Shown: positions 11,387 to 21,859 of the stretch, one piece after another
Numbering within the stretch: the first letter of the stretch is position 1
Layout of the letters: every line of letters begins with the position of its first letter
NCBI GenBank assembly: GCA_900088475.1
Contig: FLMG01002021.1
Coordinates: forward strand, 1-43,847
DNA length: 43,847 nucleotides
Direction of reading: 5' to 3'
Origin: Hyphochytrium catenoides
Lineage: Eukaryota; Protista; Hyphochytriomycota
Program-made: the position numbers and the translations under genes
Notes under the pieces: model-generated
What the model saw: the letters and a program-made list of their open reading frames with translations, nothing else
What the model was told of the DNA's origin: nothing
The model's database searches: none

Positions 11387-11467
11387 GGATATTTGGTGCA
11401 ATGTCTTTGCGGTAGCAACGCTTGGTTGATCATTCATGAGATTCAGGTTCAAGTCCTGGAATAACCT
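11387..11467 (+). pseudogene. Degenerate tRNA-like sequence (tRNA pseudogene or tRNA-derived SINE head; most like tRNA-Gln)
   Basis: Acceptor stem GGATATT/AATAACC (6 of 7 pairs); A-box-like TGGTGCAATG..GGTAGC; T-arm TCAGG-TTCAAGT-CCTGG with B-box GGTTCAAGTCC; followed by TTTCCTTTT. D-loop is extended and the anticodon stem is imperfect. Confidence 0.5.
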
Positions 11468-14400
11468 TTCCTTTTCCACTGTACTCTAATAGCGATTTCC
11501 TTTCATGTTGGACACATGCAGAAAGACGCACCTACTACCTTCCTACGAGTACCTCTGAGATGCCTCCAAGCATCGCGCCGAGCTGACCGGCATCCTCCAT
11601 TATTGCCATCATCATGACATTAGGTCTCTGAAGGTGAATGGAGACAAGACAGTGGAGAAATGCCAAAAAGGAAAGGCAAAGACTTCACTACTGTTCTACC
11701 CTCAAGAGCACCCACAAGACATCGAAACGGAGGATGAACCCACTTCTTGGTGTTGCATCTGTAGGATATTATGCTTTATTACTACTAACAGCGTCAGTGT
11801 CTTCTTTTCTGGCAATATTCCTGGCACGACTATTGTTAGGTCGCCCAACAACCTCCTTTCCCGTTCAAGGTGTTAATTAACACTTAACACTTCATCATGG
11901 ACCCAGTGCTGCAGCAGGTGCTTCATTTTCAGACGTAGTAGGGAGAAAGGAGGCTTTTCCTGGCCGAGCGGTTGTCATCTTCGCAGGACTTGCCGAAATG
12001 ATGCGCACACGACTGGTGGCGACAAGTTGGGGTGCATACACGTCTATGATGTCATAAATCAATGTCCTTAGACACAAGATCTGGGGGTGGAGGGAATGAG
12101 ACCCTTCTGTTATTGCTATTATCAACAATGGACAAAAAAAATTGTGCAGAGGACCGGAGGAGGGTGGAGGACGACCGGAGGATATTTATTGAGTACAGAA
12201 GACCGGCAGACTATGATGAGGAGGGTGTGAGGTGGGAGGAATGTCTTGAGGTGTTAACGATCATCCCTTTGATGACATAAGAAGGGAACTCAACTACAAA
12301 GCAGAGAGCTTCATCTTCTAGGAGCAAAATAATCACTTCTGTCTCCTCCGCGCCCAACCGACAGAAGAACTATCTAGCTCTCTGGCAAAGCGGTAGTGGC
12401 TAGTAGGAAGGAAGTCGTACGAGAGAAGTCCACCGGAAAGCAGAGGAAGGGACATTACACGCTGATGCTGCTGGGTCCAGTACTGAGGCGCCCATTACCA
12501 CTAGAAGCTCCAACATCATCAGCATACTCAAGGGTTTCGATGGGGCTCATTTCAAGAACGCGTTCCAAAATTTTCCTTGGGTCGTCTTCCCAGAGTCCGT
12601 AACAACCTTCTATCATCAACCAACGAGTAGCGGGAATATCGCTTCTATACTGCAGACCAACATACCACAGCATCGCCTCCTGACAGCTCCAGATTACTGA
12701 ATAGAGGGCATCGCCCTACCGCCTTGCGACAGACATTATACACAGCTAGGTGCTAGGAGGTCAAAGGGAGAAGACCTACACACGTCACCATGAATTCTTC
12801 CTCTTTCTAAGTGCAGGGAGCTGTATTAGGAGAATAGCGTCAATATCTATGGTACTGCAGTTTACAATCTAGTGTATATGATGTGAAACAGCAAAGTTCT
12901 CGTCTAGTACCTTCAGGAAACCCTTATGATGTGCACAAGCGTGACTGTCTTGATGGTCTCGGCGGTACGCCCTCTTCCTCTCCTCCTCCATCTCCTTTCG
13001 TTATTGCCGAAGAGCTCAACTAATAAATTATGATTCTTCTTCATTTCTCGTTAATGACTGTGGAGGACGAGAACGTGTTGAAGAAACCAGGACTCTGTAG
13101 CTCTCGCCTCGTCTCTATTGTCTCCTTCTTCTTCTCCTTTTTCTTGTCCTCTTCCTTCTTCCTGTCCTCTTCCTTCTTCTTCTTTTACTGCTTGTTTATG
13201 ATTATAGTAGTAGTTCTTGAAAGACCAACACTAAATTAAACTAAAGATTTTCAAATCACCTGTGAGAAATGTAAAAACAGATTGCAGAGATCGCAGAAAC
13301 TATTCGATAAGAGCTACTACAAAACCGTGGACGTAGTCGCCCGCTAGCGACGAAAACCCAGAAGGAAGCTATTTTTATAAAAGTGCTTCATGGGACACAA
13401 CTCTGTCGCGCAGTGTCTCCCCAGTCTATGAACCTTCATTAGATCTTTTACGGGAAGAACGATGCAAGATGCGAATAATGTAAATGGGAGAGACTATTGC
13501 AAAAGTAGTTCTACGCATAGAGAAAGGAAGAGTAGAATTCATTAGCAGGCTAGCTGACACCACCATCAGACCATCAGTACCGCCATTCGAAAGAAGAGGT
13601 GAGTTTTGAGGACAAGACAGAGACGTACTGTAGAGGACTTCAGACTAAGAAGAAGGGCGCAGCGCAAGAACCGGCAGCGGCAATGAGCCGCTCAGCGTGA
13701 CCTCACGACTTTCATGCCAGCGGAGCTAGTGGATAGTCCTAGTGGCAAGGGGAAATCGGGAGTGCGGTGGCGTGAGCCGCGCTTATTTGCTTCCTTCAAT
13801 GTTCGTCGCCGTTAGTAATATTTCGTAAATGGGCTTTCTCTTCGTGTCTAATAGAACTGCGGAGTAAGAAAAGCAATCAAGCATGGCGGACAGCACTAGA
13901 AGTACTATTATTACTTCAGGGGAAATTGCCTGCGGAGTAGCGGTAATGGCGATGGGCTTGTGACCTGTGACTGCTGCCGTGCCACCACTACCGCTGTCAC
14001 ATGGTGCGTACTCCTCGGTCTATGACGCGCCCTTGCATGGTAACTATCATTGTTGTCTATGACGCTCCCCGTAGTTCTACATGCAGTAAAAGGCGGGTCA
14101 GAGATTGAAGACGACGATAACCCCTTATCACAAGTACTAAATAACGGTAATAAAACAGTACAAGGATTGGGGCAACAGCGCTACAGTTAGAGTAGCTGTC
14201 GTACCTGTACTGTGCTGTTGTGCTCACTGGAGGTTGATAGGTCTATGAAAGCAAATGGTGTACTACCAGTACGCCCTGCCGTTAACCGCTACTAGCGAGA
14301 CACACGCTCCTAGAACTGAGGGCCAAACGCTGGCCTAAGGTTATTCCACGCGCCGTTCCATAAGCCTTACTACACCGATAACTGCATATTACCTGTAAGG

Positions 14401-15160
14401 TATTATCTAACGCCGAGAGCACCTATTACTATCCTCTGTGTCCAGTAAGGTTATTCTGTCAGAGACCCTCATGATAGGTCGGAAATAGGTGCCCTCACTT
14501 TGTGAGTACCTATCCCTATATCTATTCCGGCAGTTGTAGAGTTTACTGCCAGTCTCTTGCTCACTCTGTCTCGGGACACTGGGGATCTTGACAGCTCGAC
14601 AGGTCTTGTCTCTCTCTGCCTCGCACAACTTAGGTTATTAGAACTCACAAGGGTAAAACCTCTAGAGTTCTTCCCTTTATGGCCCTGTTAGATCGTGTAG
14701 ACTCCAGTAACTAGATGATGTTGCCATGTTCTTCCTCGTGCTGTAGCCGCTTTCTCTCTCTGCACTCGAGGTTCAAAGCTCAGTCTGTAGGAGATCTCCT
14801 TGTAGAAACAAATGCCAACACAATCATGTGAGTTCAATAAGCTGACTGACAGACACTTCTGCTTGCAGCGTGCGACCTACTTTTGGGCTTGGTTCCTGGC
14901 ACAGAGATTCTTCATCAGCTCCATCAAGCTCTGTACCCTCACAATTAGGATGTTTCAGACGAGAGAGAATTAGCCACGCAGCTCACTTTCTTATCTCTTC
15001 TTCTTGTGAGGGACCCTTGAGCGGGGGCTGGGCTCTTTATCGAGACGCTATACAACTACTTCCTTTTGCTTTTTGGAGTTTTTGATCTCACATTGGGTGA
15101 ACATATCCCTGCTGCTACTGTGGGTTGGTGCGGACATCCAACGTAACGCCAAGAGCAATA

Positions 15161-16630
15161 ATGTCAGCCGCATCGGATGAGACCCATGGGGCCAGCCCTC
15201 CAGAAGGCGAGGTAGTAGGAGGCCCAGATATGACTACCGAGGAGCAGGCTGAGCTACTTGCAGAAATTTCCAAGGTAGGGCGCTAGCGTTAAACACAGAA
15301 AGTTCTTCAGCACCTGACCGTCCGACCTGTTGTTCAGATTAATGATCAAGACAAGAAGGATAACCGGATGCTAATTGGCGTAACTCTGCTATTCGCCACA
15401 CCGCTCGGTAAGCGTAACAGAGGAGCTATCAAGCGTAATCCTAGCTAATCCTCGCCTCTACTGCATCCTTCAGCTTTGGTATTGATGGTCAAGCAGGGTT
15501 TCAACGCCTTCTTCGTGGTCTGCCTAGTAGTCTGTTCTCTTGTTGTTTGCGTATTTGAACACAGAAAATCACAGCGGATGACATCTATCAATGAGGTCAC
15601 CAACTTTATCATCAGAAGATATTTCGCGGTATGCACGACCATTGACCTAGAGCTTGTATGCGAAATGATTGATCTAATGGGTGGTCTGCCCTAGGATCCG
15701 TTGCAGGCTGCCATATTTTTTGGAATTATCAAGGCGCAAGTCAAAGTGACATGGGATAAGAAAGAATTTGGTCCTCTTTTCCGCCTCATTGGGCAGATCA
15801 GGGCAAGAATTCAAGCGGGAGAGACTCCCAGGCAAGAAGAGCAGCCAATGTCCCCTGAAGCCTGGGCTCGTTGCATCGTCTCCGAGTACACGGGCACAAT
15901 AGCCTCACGGAATAGCACCGTAAGCAGGAAGGGTGACCTTGAGTCCTTTCATGGATCAGCACCATTGGCAGGGGAGCAAGATGTGGAAGTGGCAGCGTAA
16001 GTGTGAGCAACTGTGGCATCAGGTGGCTATGTTGACCTCTATTCTTACCCATTCCTCCCTATACTTCTCAGCTGCGCCATCTGCCTTTGCGAATACGAAC
16101 TCGGCGAGAAGATCTGCAACTTACCTTGCGGGTACGTTAGTGGCTATGATGATGACTACTTACTGTAGATGTTAGGGCCAGCCTCAACCTGTTCTATTCT
16201 CACTTTGCCTTTTCCCAGGCATATCTTCCACCTGGATTGTATTGAGACGTGGGGTAAAGAGCACTCGAGGTGTCCTTTGTGCAATCAGAATCCAGAGAAT
16301 GCCGAAACGTCCAACCTCCATGGCATACTCACCAGAGTGCTACATGCTAGCGCAGATACTATCTCTAAAAGCGTCAACCGCTTGTCAGAGATGGCAGCTA
16401 GCTCTCTGAACAGTCTTAGACGAATAGAAGCATCAGGGCCGGTTGATGGCGACCAGCCTCCATCCCCGTCACAACGGTCAGATAATCGTTATTTGCAGAC
16501 AAGCACACCCCATGTCAGAAGCCCTCGAGAGGAGTCTCATCAACAGAGCTCTCCGTCTCAATCAATAGCCATTACAGCTAGCAACGACGAGCGAAAAGAA
16601 GAGCCTGTACTCCAAGGGTCTGCTGTATAG
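15161..16630 (+). CDS. Transmembrane RING-H2 E3 ubiquitin ligase (ATL/RNF-like), multi-exon
   Basis: Spliced RING-H2 CAICLCEYELGEKICNLPCG|HIFHLDCIETWGKEHSRCPLC; N-terminal hydrophobic segments; Ser-rich tail. Confidence 0.85.
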
Positions 16631-18323
16631 TAAGGGCTTTCGCACTTGATATCCGGCAAGGCCAATGTCATTGGGCACCTTGTAACCGTACCGAATGCTG
16701 AACTTGTCCACAGCTAGAGAATTTAGCGATGGATAATCTGATTTGGATGTCGATCGTCAATTTATAAAGTATGTACCATAAGAATGTATTTACCAGATAA
16801 ACCTTTAGTCAAACTATCCCATTGTTGGTGTACCTGATGCGATATCTCAGGACGGACGGTACCGGTGTTGGGGGAGAGGCGAAAGTTTGTACTACCTAAG
16901 TCCTTTGCGGGGAAAACCGCTGGAACTAGCCTGTTTGCCAAGGAGGCAATCGCATTGGAGAAACTTGTTTGCCGGCTGGCTTCATCATTGTGATCTTTCT
17001 GATAAGAGCAGGTGGATATTCTCAACAACTACGGGTAACGGACAGGCTGTTACTTCTTGCTGTATGGTTACCACTCATTAGTAATCACTACGTCCAGCAG
17101 TACTGTCTTTATTCCAAATCCCTTTTTAGGAAAGGCCAAGAGTTCTAAATGGAAATCTTCAAAACGGTATGCTTCACACCTTTTTGCTGTACGCCTTGAA
17201 TGACGATAAAATTCCCTTATAAAGTGCTCCACGACGGTACACCTCCTAATAGTGTGTCCCGTCTTGGTGTGTCTCTTCAGATTGGACGGCCAGCTGTGAC
17301 TTATTACTAAAAGTAACCCTTTTTCTTGCTAGCGTTATTCTTAGTCTAGCCGCCCTGATGCAGCTGTAAGGTTAGGACATTACTACTGCCAAAGGAGGTC
17401 CTTCAACAACTTACTACTATCGAAGGCCGATGATGGAAGTCATGCTGCATAGGGTCTTATCTATGACACAGTGCTCCTTTATGAAGGTCAGCACGCTGTA
17501 TTACTACTGCGTCACACCTACTTTTTGATTAATCACAATGGAGCTAGTAATAGTCGCCAGAGAGAAGCGAGCAACTCTGTATAACCTGCAGCAATCTGTC
17601 AGTAGTAATATGGTGGTGACGAAGACCCTGACTGAGTGAAAAGAATGACTCGGGTCCATCATCTCAAATAACCTGATGGCGGGATAGAGGAAGGGAGAAC
17701 GAGCAAGAGACAGAGTGACAGACAGAGTGACAGACAGAGCAAAGCAGAAAAAGGGTGATGGCTAGGAATACAGGCGTCTTTAGGAGAGATAGAGTGTAAG
17801 TGAAACACCAAGAACCTACGCTAGAGATGGTCGAGACAGGGAGACACTTGACAAGGGAGAGAGAAGAGGCGAAGAAGGAGACCATGAACGGCGATTGCAT
17901 GCATCTACGCAATCGCGACAGAGCTTTATGCAGATGCAGACGCCAGACTCTAGAGTACGCGAGAGACGAAGACACGAAGCTGAGATCGGCAGCTTGCAGA
18001 CTTGGGTCTGGTGCTAACGCTAGATTGGGGGGGCACCCATCCACCCAACAGGGATAGCAGGAGTAAATCGGTGGGTTTGTGATAGAAGGTTAGGGTTACG
18101 ACTCAGACTTGAGCGTCATTGGCTGGGGACGGTAGTGTCTAGACTGTCGATGCCAAGCGCAGGGAAATTGGGCGGGCCGGTCAAGCCACATAGTTCAAGG
18201 CACACGAGAGACGTGGGTAGAGGAAAGTGCTTTTTGGGTTGAAAGACAGAGATTGTGGATTAGGGCTGCCTCGGTCCACCCTCCCCTGCGGAACTTCCGT
18301 GCGCTCAGATCTTCAATTTCAAG

Positions 18324-21300
18324 ATGAGAAAGTTTAGACTTGTCGTTATAGTCTGCACCCTGGCCAGCTCGGAGCTGCTCCGCCTGGGTCAATGCAGCAC
18401 TATAGGGCAAGAGGACGACGAGGAACTTTTTGAAGCCAACGAAAACCTGGTCGATGGCGAGGCACCGCCTCTTTCTGTAGGCATTTATGCGCAATCGGAG
18501 TCCAGAGTGGACAGCCAGCAAAGAAGAAAAAAACGCTACCGTCCAAGAGCGGCAAAGAGTAGCGGTCGCACTACTGTTGGGGAGTTCAAAGTTAATGAGC
18601 GAGGACCACCTGCAGTTAAACTCTACAATGCAGCGCTTGCAGCACTGGACCACGGAGACATGGCAGAAGCTGAGATCCTGCTTCTTCAAGCACGTGTGAG
18701 TTCTCTTTCCCTTCTTTCTACTCTAAGTGCTCAAAGTCTCTCGGCCCGAAAAACCAAACCTAATATACCAATGACCACTATCAGGACTCTGTGCCAGATC
18801 CAAAGGGCATGACTTGCGCACTGATTGACGCGCAGCTTGGGGTCCTTTACGTGAGTCAAAGAAGGTTGAAACCTGCTGTGAGCCTTCTCCAGAAAGCTTG
18901 TCCACGGCTTGAACGGATCTTCACGTTGGGGGATGAGGTAGGTGTGTACTAACGGGTCCATATAAGGCCAAACCTGGGCCTTTCCTTTGTCTCTTTGCCA
19001 TTTCCTCTGTTACTTCCAAAAGCTTCTTTTCTGGCTGTGTTTCCCCCTGTAATTGTTCGATCTATTACTATGTGATAAAACTCATCTCTGTGTCCGTTTA
19101 TCCAACAGGAAACGCAACGCTGTTATAGAGGCATGGCAGTAGCCCTTCGAGGCATGCAGCAGCACACACAAGCCGAAAAGATTGAGGATATCTTGGACAT
19201 GGACGAGCCAGACATAAGGCATCAGGAGAGGGGAAAACATAAAGAGAACGCACCTCGCAAGCCACAGGGCAAAGGAAATACAAGGAAGAGGGGAGAGACG
19301 TTGAAGGAGGTCAATGTGACTCTATTGTCGAGCCCTAAAAATGTGCTGGCTACGGCTTTAGTCTGGTTTCAGGCCTTTACCTCTCACCAACTTCTGCTAG
19401 GGTCCTTGGCAGGTATGGCGCTTAAGAGCTTCTTTCGTGGACTCTAGAATCCTAAGTTCTGTCTATGTCTGTTGCTATTCTCTCTACCCTGTCTGCCATA
19501 GCTGTCTTCACAGCGATAGTATTGTGGATTCTCCAGCGGCGAGGAATTGCCTTCCTCTCCTATATGGATATCTTTGGCCATCGACAAAAGCGGAGGGCCT
19601 ATACCGGCTTAAGGAGACAGCTTGTGCAAAAGAACCGATCAGATTCTACGTTGGCCTTGAACAGAAAGACGCTAGGGATTCTTCTGGGGGAGCTTAAGCA
19701 TGCTGTCTTGGGCGTTCTTCATGCTCTTTGGTCCTCCGTTCGCGTAGGTGCTTCAAGAGCGGAGTCCCGATGTTNNNNNNNNNNNNNNNNNNNNNNNNNN
19801 NNNNNNNNNNNNNNNNNNNNNNNNNNNNNNAGGACTGTGGAAGTGCCTTCCTCGATAGAGATAAGAAAGCGGAAGAGAAAGCAACTAAAACGAGCTGGAA
19901 AGTCTTGCACATCTTCCAGCAAAAACACTACCTCTAAGAATGAGGAAGCATTATCAACTATTGGGAGACCGTTGAAAACACGGCAGGTATAAGAACTTGG
20001 ACTCGGTTATTCTGTTGTCTTCTCGCCGGGCTTTGCTGGACACAACTTCTCTGTACAAAGGGCACTTCTTCTATGATGTCACTGTCTCTGTTTCTATACT
20101 ATTCCTCGTTACCGTCCTGGCCTTTTAGTTTGGGACGTGGTCCTAACTTCTCCTCTCCTCTTACGCAGTCTGCGGAACCCATTATCTCTCCTACGTCAAG
20201 AGACGAACCTAAAAGTATTGCCTCTCTTGTGCGCAACAAGCTTCAGAAACGGAAGGCGTCGCGGTCACCGTGGCGCAGTAGTGCTGAAGGGGAAGATGGA
20301 AACGTCGTCAAGCCCGGAAGGAAAGCCATGGAGAATCACACAACCTTATCACCCTTTTCAGTAGCTTCGGCTGCTGCGGACAATGCATGCTCATCGCCTG
20401 CCGCTGACATTGCTGATCACAGTTGTTGGTCTCCGGTGCTTCCTGAGCAAGAGGAAGTAATCAGTAAGGTTGACCAATGCATCTCGTTCTCGCCTTCTCG
20501 ATCAAGAGGTGACTCTAAAAATCCAGTGGCTGTCTTCACTTCCAAGTCAGTGCTATCAGCAGCCAAAGTTGACTTAGTTCGGCCTGATTCTGGGAACATG
20601 CCAAGCAATGGAGTCGAATGTAAGGGCACAGAAGTTTCTGCTGAAGAAAGGCTACGAAGGGAGCACGAAGATGAGAACGATTTGGACCGCCAACGCCCTC
20701 GTAGTGAGAGTCTCTCTAGCAGCTGCAGTAGCGGAAACGGTAGTCTGGATAGTAACAACACCGACAACAGTGATCCTGCAACCGACAAAGAGGATGAAAG
20801 AGAAGATATGATGGCGTATAAAAGGCTCCCCTCTTCAGATCCTTCCAACCTGCATCATGCAGTATTTATCAAGGAATCCTGCATGTCTACAGAAGGCAAG
20901 AACTCAACGACCTCCAGTGAGACCAACTCTCCCTGCTCTACCAAGTCAAAGTCACCTAGGCGAAGACATAGAGATGGAAAAACAGAGGAGTGGGCTTTTC
21001 GTCTTTCTGGGCCTCCTGCCTTTGGGCGCATTGTGGCTGAGGAGTTGGGAAGGCTGCCCAGAGGAGGAGAGAACGCCTGTTCTCGTGGTCCTCTTGCTAG
21101 AAACCTTCGATACCAACGAATTAATAGTGACAGCCACCAGCCTTCTCAGAAAGACAATCAGGTCTCTCAAGGATCTAGCCGGTATCATGGTGGGGCCAGT
21201 AGGAGTCGTGGTCATAGGGCAAATTCTATGGAGAATGATTATACCTTCTCAGACGACTCATTGGCAGCTATGAGTAGGGTTAGGACACAGATGTAAGTAT

Positions 21301-21810
21301 CACCCCCAATCTCTTTTAGCTTCCTTTCCGTTCATCTGCTGGTGGCCCCTCTCTCACACGAACATTTCCCTGGCTTACTCTCGTCCCTTTCTTCACACTG
21401 TTTGTACATTTCGAACCCTTTCTTTACTGACCGGATCGATCTCTACGCCCGTGCAACTCTGCTGCAGTGAGTACTACTTCAGTGAGGCCAATCTTGTCAA
21501 GGATATTTTCCTCCGCCAGAGAATGGATGCGCAAGGCTATGTCTATGCCTCCGTTCTGGCTCAGTTTAATAAGGTGAAGGAGTTTAGCCGGAACCTCTCT
21601 CTTTTTGAAGTGGTGGCAGGTTTAGACAACTCTCCTCTGCTAGAGGTATTAGTCTCGAGGCACCCAGACGGACGTATTCGCCAGGATGGAGTGCCTTTGG
21701 CGAAGGTTCGGTGTAGGAAGAACTGGGAACAGTGGCTGTTGCCAGGTTTTGACCCTTCTATTGGACCAATTCCTGCTTCCCAACCAATCAATTGGTACTA
21801 CGGCTATTGA
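18324..21810 (+). CDS. La-motif (LARP-like) protein with predicted signal peptide, TPR-like repeat and transmembrane helix
   Basis: C-terminal La motif RVRTQI|EYYFSEANLVKDIFLRQRMDAQGYVYASVLAQFNKVK; TPR-like LYNAALAALDHGDMAEAEILLLQAR|ETQRCYRGMAVAL; TM AILSTLSAIAVFTAIVLWIL followed by QRR. The model crosses an N-gap. Confidence 0.7.
19775..19830. other. Assembly gap
   Basis: Run of N. Confidence 1.
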
Positions 21811-21859
21811 GAGGCTCTTCGATACTCACGCTTAGGCCATTTTGCCAGACCTCTTTTTC

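Noticed and set aside
12849-12853. TATGG, recalled as a CryptonS-type terminal repeat (also near 7651 and 14678)
   Set aside because: A 5-mer occurs often by chance and no pair convincingly brackets the element.
7000-14800. DIRS/Ngaro retrotransposon or Polinton-like virus as source of the YR
   Set aside because: No RT, RNase H, gag, capsid, packaging ATPase or polB motifs were seen, and the YR has many introns.
16762-18057. Short ORFs between the RING and La genes
   Set aside because: No motifs; low-complexity or TpA-rich noncoding sequence.
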